NCBI GenBank assembly: GCA_964016885.1
Contig: OZ024761.1
Span: 9,920,001 to 9,984,000 of the forward strand
Source: Eledone cirrhosa
Taxonomy: Eukaryota
Direction: 5' to 3'
DNA: 64,000 nucleotides
Positions within the stretch are counted from its first letter, which is position 1; each line of letters begins with the position of its first letter. The notes under the pieces are model-generated. The model was not told the DNA's origin, ran no database searches, and was given only the letters and a program-made list of their open reading frames with translations. The position numbers and the translations under genes were made by a program. Below, piece by piece: positions 1 through 14,214 of the stretch.

Positions 1-1100
<1,100 letters not shown>

Positions 1101-1433
1101 AACACAGTTTTACATTTATACATGCACTACGACACTAGAGATTTATACTCATATGCATCTGAGTTTACGTCTCCATATTGTATACAATGACGTGTATATA
1201 TATATATACACACACACACATATATATATGTAGATATTTGTATGTGTGTATGTATGTATATATATATATGTATATATATATATACAAATATACCCACATA
1301 CATACGTACATACATACCTGTGTACATACATACGTACTTACGTACATACATACATACATATATGTCTACATACATACATACCTCTCTACATATATACGTC
1401 CGTACGTACATATATATATATACATACATACAT

Positions 1434-1672
1434 GGTGGCTGCCAACTCGTTTTCGAGTACGGCCACTACTTTATATCCATGTAGGAGAACCCCTACCGAT
1501 GCGCTGAACGAGTGTGACTTTTTAGTCCAGCCAGCGACTTGAAAACTCTGGTACAAACACTACACTTGTGACAATTATTGACACATAGTGCTGGGACCAT
1601 GGCACCATGTGACGACAAGTGCAGAGAGATCTCCAGATATAAAGCAATGCCTGTGCCGTGAAACTTTTATAG
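1434..1672 (-). mobile_element. 5'-truncated copy of an RTE-related short element (3' end) with (TATG)n tail
   Basis: Closely matches 41397-41633; minus strand encodes HKCSVCTRVFKSLAGLKSHTRSAH, a C2H2 finger like RTE-clade C-termini; both ends abut (CATA)n. Confidence 0.7.
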
Positions 1673-2077
1673 CTTTTATACATACATACATACATACATA
1701 CATACATACATACATACATACATACATACATTCGTACATAGCAACGCAAAAGTATAGCGTTAGCTATCGTTCTGATCGTAATAAAGAACCGCTTTCATTA
1801 GACTTACAATGAAAGACCGGGAGATGGTCCTTTAAACTATTTCACGAAGAGCCTAAAACACGTTTTGGGAATCAACTCACCCCAAACACATTCTTATATA
1901 CATAAATACATACAAACATAAAAAATAACATTAACTATGTTTTCGTTTTTCTTTCTTTTTTCTTCGTTTTTTTTTTCTTTTTTCTTTTTTCTTTTTTCGT
2001 TTTTCTACATGAATCAGAGAAAATTGTAAAACTATAGAATGTGATTGTTTCAGTTTAGACACTGTTTTGATGTTCAT

Positions 2078-2486
2078 TTGTTGCTTGTTTAGCCCAGGTC
2101 AGGCAAAGGTCGGATCTGATTAAACATAACCTGTGATGATAAAAAAAATGGTCTCCATCCCTTATAATCATCGCGTCTTTGAAACATAATTTATATTGAG
2201 TCGTCAAGTATGAAATTTGTAGAGAAAAACGAAATTTCTACAAATTTCATACTTGATTATATGTGTTGTATGTATGCATACATATATAAAGTTCTACAAT
2301 ATCCAATGTCTTCCATTTTGTTAACACCGTAGAGTATGATTATTTGAGGGCAGATTTGGGCCAATTCGTGTCTTCAGCTTTTGGTTTGTGTTGCATCTTC
2401 TGACACATGCTGGTATGAAGAATCTCTTTGGTTTTGTTTTGTTTTTAAACTCAGAAAATTATATTATATGATATATATATATATGC

Positions 2487-2526
<40 letters not shown>

Positions 2527-3180
2527 ATTGTCTTCAGAATCAGCTATATTGACAAAGCAATTCACTCGCCTCTCTACAGGCAATTTAACCATCTGCGCCA
2601 TTTTGATAATGAAATGATATTATGTGTAGAAAGAAGAATTTGTGCTGCCATCTGTCGGTAATCATTTCATTCAATATTTTAATTGTTACGTGTAAAGAAG
2701 AGTCGTCTCGCTTGATTCGTGATGAATGTCGGGTAATATGGTAAGAGGTGAGGGGGAATGGTGAACGAGTGGGGTTAAAGAGGGGGGGGCTTAGTTTCCG
2801 GAACTGGTCAAATGGAATATCTCAGCAGTTGCTGCTGTTGTTGTTATAGTTTTGTTGTTGTCGTTGCTGTTGTTTAGCCCCAGGTCAGCCCTGATCAAAC
2901 AGGGCTATGTTTGATCAAAAGCATTCCAGCTTTGACCAGTATTTAGTCTTACTATTTTTCACTTTACATTTTTTTTTTCAGTTTCAAGTTTAGACATAAT
3001 GTACCTTTGATTACATAATCCAATGTCATTATTATTATTATTACAGTTTTCTTTTTTCTTTATTATTATTATTTTATTATATTATTATTATTATTATTAT
3101 CATTATCATTTTTATAAATGAAATTAAAGGAAGATTTAACTAGCTGCTAATTTTAGCATGTCTAGAGATGACGTAGAGGA
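2078..3180 (-). mobile_element. Two diverged copies of a SINE-like dispersed repeat (about 2078-2360 and 2870-3180)
   Basis: Shared blocks TTGTTTAGCCC(C)AGGTCAG, CTGATYAAACA, ACATAAT and ATCCAATGTC in the same order; (GTT)n-like tail before the second copy. Confidence 0.45.
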
Positions 3181-3314
3181 GTCTCTCTACTGTTTATTAA
3201 TATGTATGTGTGGTGCCATCTACTGGTTTAAAAAGAAACTAGTAAACCAATTTGTTTGTATGTTTGTAATTTATCTTTTCCTTTTTTCGAAATATATAAT
3301 CTTCCTTTTAAGTC

Positions 3315-3480
<166 letters not shown>

Positions 3481-3770
3481 TGCGTGTATCTGTGTGTGGG
3501 GTACTTTGTTTTATCATTTCTTTTTTTTTCTTTTCTTTTCAACATGAATTAAATTTCATCCATCTCTCTATCCATCCATCGGTGTCATCAACTGTTGATG
3601 GGAGTCGTATGAGACCCTAATGCAACAATGCAATTCTTAACCTGGTAGAGTCCATTCTTCTCCAGGATTCAATCATGAAACTAAGAATATAAACTGACAT
3701 CTTGGGAGAAAGTGTGTTGTGTGTCTTTTCCAAACACGAATGACAAATTAGTTGGGTGAGTGAATGTCAG

Positions 3771-4610
3771 TAGCGGTTGACTGAGTATATCCAACATCGA
3801 TTTACCACAATTACTGCCAATAGCGGTTGACTGAGTATATCCAACATCGATTTACCACAATTACTGCCAATAGCGGTTGACTGGGTATATCCAACATCGA
3901 TTTACCACAATTACTGCCAATAGCGGTTGACTGAGTATATCCAACATCGATTTACCACAATTACTGCCAATAGCGGTTGACTGAGTATATCCAACATCGA
4001 TTTACCACAATTACTGCCAATAGCGGTTGACTGAGTATATCCAACATCGATTTACCACAATTACTGCCAATAGCGGTTGACTGGGTATATCCAACATCGA
4101 TTTACCACAATTACTGCCAATAGCGGTTGACTGGGTATATCCAACATCGATTTACCACAATTACTGCCAATAGGGGTTGACTGGGTATATCCAACATCGA
4201 TTTACCACAATTACTGCCAATAGCGGTTGACTGGGTATATCCAACATCGATTTACCACAATTACTGCCAATAGCGGTTGACTGGGTATATCCAACATCGA
4301 TTTACTACAATTACTGCCAATAGCGGTTGACTGGGTATATCCAACATCGATTTACCACAATTACTGCCAATAGGGGTTGACTGGGTATATCCAACATCGA
4401 TTTACCACAATTACTGCCAATAGCGGTTGACTGGGTATATCCAACATCGATTTACCACAATTACTGCCAATAGCGGTTGACTGGGTATATCCAACATCGA
4501 TTTACCACAATTACTGCCAATAGCGGTTGACTGGGTATATCCAGCATCGATTTACCACAATTACTGCCAATAGGGGTTGACTGGGTATATCCAGCATCGA
4601 TTTACCACAA
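3771..4610. repeat. 50-bp minisatellite, about 17 copies
   Basis: Unit TAGCGGTTGACTGRGTATATCCAACATCGATTTACCACAATTACTGCCAA with exact 50-bp period; bracketed by TGAATGTCAGT at 3761 and 4611. Confidence 0.95.
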
Positions 4611-4813
4611 TGAATGTCAGTTTGTTTTCAAAATAAAAAAAAAAAATTAAGTAAATTAATTTAAACAAATAAACTAATTAACAACAATTAACAGAAAAAA
4701 CAACAACAACACAAACAAAACAAAACAAACAAACAAATAAACAAATACATATATAAAAGTTAAATTTAGCGTGAATATAGTTTTCCAGAATGTTTATAAG
4801 TATCAGAATCTAG

Positions 4814-5890
4814 TCAGGATATTCGACCAGACATGTTAACAGAATTTGTCACTGATGGAAGTTTCGTGTCTTCTTTGCCACAACATACAGCTTTCATTTT
4901 ACCGATGAGAAATCGTACTTCGTTTCTGAAAGAGTCATTGAAAAAACCGTATATGACAGGATTGAGGGCGTTGCTGAGAAAATAGGAACGTAAGACTAGT
5001 TTTTTGATGCTAGATATAGTAGGATTGGTAGATTTGGAGAACTTTTTAATCGATTCGATGATCCTTACGGACAATCCCGGCATGAAGGACAAAATAAACA
5101 AAAGGGTCACTAGGAAAACCGTTAAATTTGTTTTGCCCATTGCACGGGATTTTGTGAGGCGTCTGCTGAACTGGTTAGAATCGTCGTGGGCGGTATTCTC
5201 GCCCGGGATTTGACCGTGCGATCTTCGCCACACTTGACGCCATATCAGAGTATAGCTGATCAGCATGAACACGAACGACATGAGGATGATACCGAGGATG
5301 ATGAAGTAGTACAGTGATGGATAAATGGTTGATTTCATGTTGTCTGCTACCGAACAATCGGAGCCGTTTATGTAAGCGATCGGCGTTGGCGTGGTCCGAA
5401 TGCCGTAAATCACCACTGTCGGCCACGTTAAAATGGCGGCTATGACGGTCATTAAAGCGGAGATCTTCCGCGCTAGTTTCGGCGAGATTTGAACCTTGAG
5501 AGGATGGCAGACTCTACGATAGCGGTCGATGGAGATGACGAGAAGAATCAAGCTTGAGGCACCGTTTGTAAGGAAAGTAATGAACCGCAACATCTTGCAG
5601 AGGAGGCCAGACGGGAACATATACGGGTAACGAAGGTCAAGGAACTCAGTGGGCATTCCGATACTGCAACACAACAGATCGAATACACCCAAAGTTATTA
5701 TGAAACAATTCGTTGTGGTCTTGCGCATGCGGAAACAGAACACGTAACAAACTATTATGTTTCCAATTGTACCAATAAACATAAGAATTCCTATATAAAT
5801 AACGGCTGGGATACCAACCAGAAATCTGTCATCATTTAATTCTTGAAGTGTGACATTGATAGGAACGCTTGCCGGGACACCCACTGCCAT
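4814..5890 (-). CDS. Intronless rhodopsin-like (class A) GPCR, 358 aa, peptide-receptor-like orphan
   Basis: Seven hydrophobic segments; GN in TM1, TM2 Asp (VFDLL), SIDRY, TM4 Trp-Pro, Cys in ECL2, NPVIY in TM7, C-terminal CC; AAAATGG start context. Confidence 0.93.
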   Translation of the reverse strand: MAVGVPASVPINVTLQELNDDRFLVGIPAVIYIGILMFIGTIGNIIVCYVFCFRMRKTTTNCFIITLGVFDLLCCSIGMPTEFLDLRYPYMFPSGLLCKMLRFITFLTNGASSLILLVISIDRYRRVCHPLKVQISPKLARKISALMTVIAAILTWPTVVIYGIRTTPTPIAYINGSDCSVADNMKSTIYPSLYYFIILGIILMSFVFMLISYTLIWRQVWRRSHGQIPGENTAHDDSNQFSRRLTKSRAMGKTNLTVFLVTLLFILSFMPGLSVRIIESIKKFSKSTNPTISSIKKLVLRSYFLSNALNPVIYGFFNDSFRNEVRFLIGKMKAVCCGKEDTKLPSVTNSVNMSGRIS

Positions 5891-6527
5891 TTTTATATCG
5901 TTTCTTTCTTTCTTTCTTCCCTTTTCCTTTCTTTCTTTCTTAATTAATTAATTTATTTATTTATTTGTTCAATTATTTATCATTTATTTGCTTTTATATC
6001 TGTTTTGTTTTCGCTTTTGATTTTTTTTATTACCTTTTTATTTAGGATCTTTTTGTTGAATTGTATTTTGCTGTTGTTGTTTCTTTCCTTCTCCTGCGTA
6101 TATATATGAGTTCGAATGGATGTACATATATATGTATGTTTATATATATGTGTGTGTATATATGTATATGTGTGTGAGAGAGAGAGTGTTAGTGTAAGTG
6201 TGTACGTCTGTATATATGTACGTCTGCGTATATGTATGTGCAAGAGTTTGTATGTATGTTTATATATATATATATATATGTGAGAGTGTTAGTGTATACG
6301 TCTGTATATATGTACGTACGTATGTATGTATGTATGTATGTATGTATGTATGTATGTATGTATGTATGTATGGGTATATGTATGTATGTATGGGTATATG
6401 TATGTAAATGTATATGTATGTCTCTCTCTGTATTGTACGTAGGTATGTGTGTGTGTATGTTTGTATGTGTATGCTAACAGCTCTTCATTTGATCGAACAT
6501 TATCATTAGAATTATTCCTTCTTTATC

Positions 6528-6561
<34 letters not shown>

Positions 6562-6819
6562 ATTACACACTTGTCAATGAATCTATTAACATTTTATATG
6601 TCGGTAAATATGCGTATACACACACACACACATATATATATATATACACCCATACACCCTCACAGGCGCATATACGAGATCAAACAAAGACTTTCGGTAC
6701 TAAACAGGTACCAGTCATATACGGAGGAGAATATATGTCAGAAGAGGGGATGACAGCTGAAACCCCTTCAACCCCTCCTCACCCCTCAAGTTTCTAGAAT
6801 TGGTAAAGAAATCATTATT

Positions 6820-7469
6820 GGTATTGTTGTTGTGGTTGTTGTTGTTGTAGTTGCTGTTATTATAGTTGTTGTTGTGGTTGTTGTTGTGGTTGTTGCTGTT
6901 GTTGTTGTAGGTAGTTGCTGTTGTTATAGCTGTTGTTGTTGTTGTTATAGCTGTTGTTGTGGTTGTTGTTGTGGTTGTTGCTGTTGTTGTTGTTGTTGTT
7001 GTAGTTACTGTTATTATAGTTGTGGTTGTTGCTGTAGTTGCTGTTATTATAGCTGTTGTTGTGGTTGTTGCTGTTGCTGTTGTTGTTGTATCTGATAATT
7101 TTAGCAATTATATTATTATTACGTTCAGAGTTCAAATCCTGCCGTGGTTAGTTCTGCCTTTCAACCCTAGGGGGTCGATAAAATAAAGTACCAGTAATGT
7201 ACTGGGGTTGATTTATTCGACTTGATCCTTTCCCTCAAATTGCTGCCCTTGTGCCAAATGTAGAAAGAATTATTATTATTGTTACTACTTTTGGTGATGA
7301 AGGTGGTGAAGATGGTTGCAAAGGTTGTTGTTGTTGTTGGTACTGTTGTTGTTGTTATTATTGTTGTTGTTGTTGTTGTTGCTGCTGGTGCTGTTGTTGC
7401 TGTTGTTGTTGTTGTTGTTGTTATTCATCAAGCTGTTATCGGTTCGTATTGTTGTTGTTGCTTTTACTG

Positions 7470-7505
<36 letters not shown>

Positions 7506-7660
7506 TTCTTGTTCTTGTTGCTGCTGCTGTTGTTGTTGTTGCTGTTGTTGCTGTTGTTGTTGTTGTTGCTGTTGTTGCTGCTGTTGTTGTTGTTGTTGCT
7601 GTTACTGCTGTTGCTGCTGTTGCTGCTGCTGCTGTTGTTGTTACTGCTGCTGTTGTTGGG
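6820..7660. repeat. Degenerate (GTT)n/(GCT)n trinucleotide tracts around a SINE
   Basis: Direct reading. Confidence 0.9.
7126..7280 (+). mobile_element. tRNA-type SINE, 5'-truncated
   Basis: B-box-like GAGTTCAAATCC, core GCCTTTCA..GGGGTCGATAAAATAA-GTACCAG, end TTGCTG.CCTTGTGCCAAA.GTAGAAA + (ATT)n; many copies in the window. Confidence 0.8.
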
Positions 7661-7737
7661 TCAGTTAAATTCACTTCTGGAAGTAAAATTGTAAAATTAT
7701 ATAACAAACGTAGAGATAAAGAATCAGACAGATAGAT

Positions 7738-7819
<82 letters not shown>

Positions 7820-7996
7820 GATAACAAGTTATCGTTATAGGTAATCCAGTGAGAGGTTGTGAGTACGCTATGTCGATGTCGTGGATAGTTTTAACGTACG
7901 GCGTTGTTTGACTCAACAACATTTTTCCATAGTTAGGCAGCGAGTTCGCGAGAATTCCTATGTTGTACAGCCCCGACCATCTTACTCTTCAATGTT

Positions 7997-8061
<65 letters not shown>

Positions 8062-8140
8062 TAATTGGGAGAGGAGATGGAGTATATATCTTATCAAATG
8101 ATTCTATGGACATAATTTATAGTATATATATATATATATA

Positions 8141-8667
8141 TTTGTTTTGCGAGGTTTTTGATATGAAATCGTGTGTCGAAACAAGTATTGTTATACTTGG
8201 GGAGCGTCATATTGTTGTAATAATATTGCCAGAAATAATAACAGAACACACTCACTGTTTGGTTGGTTTTCGCTTCTGTATCTTTTATATCTCCACAGTT
8301 AATTCATTCGGTCCTCAATGTTTACCATTGACTGACCAACGGTCAAAAATACAGATATAACATAGATATAAACACATATATATAGTCTAACAAAGTTCGT
8401 TCGTTGCACATCTGCAACATCAAGATGGCGTAGATTTACAATACAACAGGAGGAACATAATAGTACCACTGATGATGTTGCAGATGTGCAACGAAAGAAC
8501 TATGTTAGACTATATATATTTTTTGACCGTTGGTCAGTCAATGGTAAACATTGAGGACCAAATGAATTAACTGTGGAGATATAAAAGATACAGAAGCGAA
8601 AACCAACCAAACAGTGAGTGTGTTCTGTTATTATTTCTGGCAATATTATTACAACAATATGACGCTC

Positions 8668-8670
<3 letters not shown>
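8141..8670 (+). mobile_element. Fold-back mini-element in (TA)n with hammerhead-like core (family F1)
   Basis: Inverted arms about 8199-8422 / 8470-8670; CTGATGA-T-GTTGCA-GATG-TGCAAC-GAAA at 8469-8496; homologous to 33141-33595 and 25665-26190. Confidence 0.8.
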
Positions 8671-8723
<53 letters not shown>

Positions 8724-8892
8724 TTTAAAGAATTCCCTTTCCTTTAAACCCATATACCAATTACCTCCCCCAATCCCAATCACCACCCCACCCTCTCTTA
8801 TCACCAGAAAAGGTATAAATACCACCATTTTGCTCGGAAAGTCGGCTTCCTGATTTCTCCCGAATGAAACAGTTCTAGTTCTGTAGAAACCA

Positions 8893-8957
<65 letters not shown>

Positions 8958-9065
8958 AAGGTTAAACAAAGTTCAATGGATAAATCAAAGAATGAGTTTT
9001 ACAATAGATTGGAAGCACTCAACAGTACTGGTTTTCTGGAGTTATTAATATTAATTCAATTAATA

Positions 9066-9119
<54 letters not shown>

Positions 9120-9290
9120 TGTATAATTAATATATATTAATATAATATAATTTAATTTAATTTATATAGTAATATATATATATATAATTGCTTCTACTTT
9201 TGGCACAAGGCCAGCAATTATATAACTAAATAGCTCTGTACAATACATAGACCATTCTTCTTCCCTTTACTTTTTCTACGGAAATACTTA

Positions 9291-9322
<32 letters not shown>

Positions 9323-9692
9323 TATAAATACATACAAGCATACATACATTCATACTCACACACCATCATCACTTCCAACAACAACTACACTACCACCACC
9401 AACACCACCACATACAAGACGCCCACGCATCTTAACCCCTTAAAACAATGAACGAAAAACGGGACCAGTCACATGACAAAGATGAGTTCCCTTATTTTTT
9501 ATCTCTTTTACAAAGGGACACATGTCGATATCCCCTCACATGTTATATACAGAATCCTGCCAGACGGCGCTATTGTACAACATAGGATGTATATATACGG
9601 TATATGTGTATTGTGTGTGTGTGTGTGTGGGGGGGGGGGGGTTATAGTTCTTTGGCTCTTTCGAGCCATCCCGAGCAAGGTAATGCTGATAC

Positions 9693-9982
9693 ATACATAT
9701 ATGTATTCATACACACATACATACATATATGAATTCATACACACATACATACATATATGTATTCATACACACATACATACATATATGTATTCATACACAC
9801 ATACATACATATATGTATTCATACACACATACATACATATATGAATTCATACACACATACATACATATATGAATTCATACACACATACATACATATATGA
9901 ATTCATACACACATACATACATATATGAATTCATACACACATACATACATATATGAATTCATACACACATACATACATATAT
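9693..9982. repeat. 28-bp tandem repeat built from CA/TA microsatellite, about 10 copies
   Basis: Unit TATGWATTCATACACACATACATACATA. Confidence 0.85.
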
Positions 9983-10035
9983 GCATAAATATATAAATAT
10001 GTACATACATATCTGAACACATAAACACACTCACA

Positions 10036-10104
<69 letters not shown>

Positions 10105-10106
<2 letters not shown>

Positions 10107-10299
10107 CGAAGGAAATGTGGTAAGGAACCAGGTGGACCATAACGCACCAAAGTACCCAATACTTAGGGTAGTAGAGTGGGTAATAGGAACGAGTGGGATC
10201 CCGACGGCTGAGCTCAAGCCGTTTCAACGGCTATTTCTGGACTAGTCCAGAATTAGCCGTCGAAACGGCTTGAGCTCAGCCGTCGGGGTCCTACTCGTT

Positions 10300-10303
<4 letters not shown>
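10105..10303 (-). mobile_element. Short (TA)n-embedded element with terminal fold-back (family F2)
   Basis: Constant end AACGAAGGAAATGTGGTAAGGAACCAGGTGGACCATAACGCACC; palindrome centred near 10241; four more copies in the window. Confidence 0.8.
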
Positions 10304-10358
<55 letters not shown>

Positions 10359-10388
10359 AGATCAAAAGATGGTTAAAGGAGTTCCATG

Positions 10389-10459
10389 TATTTTATTATG
10401 CGCATTTCAAAAACAAACATCATCATGCAATAATATTTGTGTTTTCATCAGATAAAACA
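10389..10459 (-). ncRNA. Type I hammerhead ribozyme of the PLE
   Basis: Minus strand GTTTTAT-CTGATGA-[AAACACAAATATTATTGCATGATGATGTTTGTTTTT hairpin]-GAAA-TGCGCA-TA-ATAAAAT; predicted cleavage after AUA between 10397 and 10396. Confidence 0.85.
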
Positions 10460-11465
10460 GGAGAACATGATATGAAGGCTAAAAAATACTTGTGGATAGT
10501 GCAGTTTTAAATCAACATATGAAAAGTGGTTTTAGATTGATGTGTGATATTGGGAAAAATATTTTATTTAGAGAGGGGGGGTGGAAAGGATGAAAAAGGG
10601 AAGGGGAGGAGATGAGAGGGAGAGATGGGTGATAGAGAGAAAGAAAGAGATAGTTTTTATAACTGAGAGGAGATATATTGTTTTACATAGAGAGGTTGAA
10701 AACCTTTGGAAGATAATGTATAAATTAAAAATTTGAAATTAACGAAGGGAGGATATGTGCGAGGAAAGAATATTTTATTTATGGAGGGGGGGGGGGTGGA
10801 AAGGATGAAAAAAAGGGGGAGGAGATGAGAGTGAAGGTGGAGAGGGAGAGATGGGTGATAGAGAGAAAGAGATAGTTTTTATAACTGAGAAAAAGATATA
10901 TTGTTTTACATAAATTAAAGGAATTTGAAAATTAACGAAGGGAATTTATGTATGAAGATAGAGAGAAAAAATAATAATTGTGGATGAATATTCTAACGTC
11001 AAAAAAAGTGTGTGTTGATAAGTATTGTGGCAATTTCAAAATTAACGAAGAGAAAAATTATTAAGGTTTGTGTGTAGAAGGATTTGAGAAAAATAATGTG
11101 AAGTTAAAGTTTGTATATTGAAGGAATTGATAATATATGCGAATAAAGAGTTAATATGTATTAAGAATGAGTTCGTTGATGGGGAGAAAAAAAATAATAA
11201 ATTAAGGATGAAATTGAGATTAAAAAGATTTATGATAGAGAGAAAAAATAATAATGATTGCGGATGAATATTCTAACGTCAAAAAAATAAATGTATATGT
11301 TATGAAGGATTTTACAAGGTGAAGATAGAATGAGGGTAATGAGTAAACAAGTATTATAGAGTGTATAATGCCCTTTAAAGTAAGGTGGGAAGATGGGTAT
11401 ATTTTAAAGAGGTGTATGTATATGTGCCTTTGAGAAAAGATTCTAAATTGATAAAGAATTGAATA

Positions 11466-13869
11466 TTAACTGTATACTTTGTGAAAAGTCCTATGGAATT
11501 TATGGAGGCAGATAGAAAATAAATCTGTACGTCTATTTATTATAGAATCTAGGTTAGAGATAATGGTAAATTTTTCATTTAGGCAGAGATTACAGATTTT
11601 AGATAGAGAGCTGTTCAAGTATGAGGATGCAGAAGAAACCTTCTTCCAAAAGATGGTATATTTAATGTTTTTGTCTTTTAAGGACCATATGAGTTCTGAG
11701 AGAGCAGTGTTGGTTCTTTTAAGTTTGTATTTGAAAGATGAATGATGATTATAGAGACGAGCTTTAAAAGAGGTGGAAGTGGAGCCAAAATAGGTGAAGG
11801 AATTGGTGCTAGTTATAATTTTACATTCATAAATTAAGTTTTTATCGAGACAATGGTTGTTGAGAGGACATTTATTTTTAATGCGGCAGTTGCAATTAGA
11901 GAGATTATTAATGAGTGACCTAGTGTTATCTATAGAAGGAATTGGATTGGAGAAGTTGTTTGCGATAGGAATAATAGGAATAATAGTTTCTTGATTTAGA
12001 GTTGGATTATGAACATTTAGCGAAGTTGTGTTTGACGTTGTATTTGTGTTTACAGAAGTTAGCCTAGGGTTTACAATGACGTCGGGAGTACTATTACTGT
12101 TATTATGAAATTCAATGTTGGAAGGAAGAGATTTAGTATTTAGTATTTTATTGTTGTGTTTAGAGATGATGTTGGAAATATTGGAGGATGTAGAATAAGA
12201 AAATTTGATGGTGTGTTTGTTAAATATTTTACTATAGATATGTGAGGGAGGGAAGCATTTATTTAAGGCACTAAAAAAATAATTTAGGAATATTGTTATT
12301 AATAGAGATGGAGAAAGGAGCATTATACCAAATTATGTTTTTGTATCTAGGTCTTTTATTAAAATTATTGGAATGATCATGATTAATTATTCTACTGTAA
12401 GTTTTTCTAGAATTTGTTTCTTTACTATATTTGATTTTATCTGGATAGCCGGCTTTAGAAAGTGCGTTATTATAGTAATTGGCGTTAGCATCAAAGATGT
12501 TTTTATTAGAGGATATGTTAGATATTCTTTTTCCAATATTACTAACTATAGCATTCTTGATATTGGTAGGATAGTTAGATTTAAAGTTAACATAATTTAG
12601 GTTCTCATTGTTTTTATGGTAAGGGTAATATAGGCCAGTGTCAAGATTAAGAGATACATCCAAGAAATTAGCTAGTTTGATACTATTATCAAATTCAATT
12701 TTTAGGTTATGTTGGTTAAAGAGATTACGTATATTGTTCTTAATAATATTAAGGTTAACTATATTGCAATTTAGGATAGTAAAGAGTCCATCGTCACGAT
12801 AAATTCCACCGCGAAGTTGAGGAATTTTCCGACTCAAAGAGTTCAAAATGAAGATACCAATTAAATCAGTCAATTGGGATGAATCGGATGCTCCCATTGT
12901 GATATCGAAGTTGTTAGAGGTATCGGCTCTGGTCCAATATTCGTTGTTGAACTCTAGGATGGTTTTACGTGCGGTGAGGATGATGTGAAGTTCATCTGTG
13001 GTGATGTCAGAATATTTAAGTGCGAAAGATAGAGCATTATTGAGAAGTGAAGGCGAAATGGAGGAATAGTAGCTGGCAATATCAAATTGAATAAATTTTA
13101 GTTTGTTTTTATTATCCAATTTGTTGAACCAGCCAATCACCTCAGAAGTACCAAACCATAAATTTAGGTTCAAAGAAGAGCAATTAGAACTAACCTGTGG
13201 GATAATTCTATCCAAGATGGCTTTACTAACAACCCCCAGATCAGATTTAGAGGGGGCGATTAATCTAACAGGTAGTTCAGTGCGAAAATTGTTTTTGTGA
13301 TCCTTGAGATTTATCCTCGGAGTTCTTGGGAGGAATGGTTCGGTCTTTTTTTCAATGCCAAGTTTTGACATAATCTCAGAGGCTTCAAGGTTTATGTATT
13401 CTAAATTTTCATGGTTGGTTTTACGATACTTTTTCCTAAGTTCCTTTAGGATAAGGTTGTTATAATTATCCTTGGAAATACCATATAAGTTATTGGTTTT
13501 GTCAGAGTGGACTAAAACATTTTTTGAGGAATTTAGGTTAGAGATTGTGTTCTTGAGATTTACAAGGTGCTCTTGTCCTTTGTAAGGGCATCTCTTGAAT
13601 TTAAGATTTTTTATTATTTTAGTTAATTCTTCCTCGAATTGTACTAGATTTTTGTTGGAAGGAGGATTTCGTCTAGAATTAAAAAGATGATCGAGGAAGT
13701 TATGTTCTTTGGTATGGAAGTTCCCTTTAAGGCGCTGGTCATAGAAATAGGCTGTCCATCTAAGTCTTCTTACGAAGGAGTCAGTTTTTTCAATAAGAAG
13801 TTTGGTGAATTCAGATTTACCAGGTATAGGAATGTCTTTAGTTGAATTGGTTATGTTGTAATAATCCAT
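11466..13869 (-). CDS. PLE reverse transcriptase + GIY-YIG endonuclease, split by one frameshift at the A7 run near 12273-12279
   Basis: KDIPIP N-terminus, SDKT, QFDIASYYSSI, ITMGASDS, IYRDDGL, FLDV, IIWYNAPFS; then CNC..CPL..C linker, LIYE..TYFGST..FKARLYNH, CNLCLNEK; removing one base joins PKLFF to SALNKCFP; likely start MDYYN at 13869. Confidence 0.88.
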
Positions 13870-14214
13870 GTTGTAGAAGAAGAGGTGAAGGACCATCAAA
13901 AGGTATCCAATATGAGAGTAAGCGCTCAACCGTTAAGGAGCAAGTTAATGTAGGAGGTGAGTTTTATTGTAGTACAATAAAGCAATGCAGATATCGGATA
14001 AGAAGCACTCTACAGTTTGTAGGACTGGAGTATACATAATATAAGATCAAAAGATGGTTAAAGGAGTTCCATGTATTTTATTATGCGCATTTCAAATATA
14101 TATATATATGATAAACTGAGGAAAATTAACAGAGGGGACAAGACGTATGTGTGTATGTATTTGATGCGTATACAATAATACATGCATATATATATATGTG
14201 TGTATATATATATA

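Larger units (their letters stand above)
10351..14096 (-). mobile_element. Near-full-length Penelope-like retroelement (Naiad-like) inserted in (TA)n
   Basis: RT + GIY-YIG coding region, ~1.1-kb 3' UTR, identical ~60-bp direct repeats at 10351-10411 and 14036-14096, (TA)n on both sides, hammerhead at the 3' end. Confidence 0.9.

Noticed and set aside
3771-4610. CRISPR-like appearance of the regular arrays (also 18633-23482, 39317-40903, 62490-63118)
   Set aside because: Units are contiguous with no unique spacers, there are no cas genes, and the context is eukaryotic
11466-13869. Selenocysteine recoding, as reported for some Naiad elements
   Set aside because: No in-frame TGA interrupts the reading frame; the only break is a homopolymer frameshift
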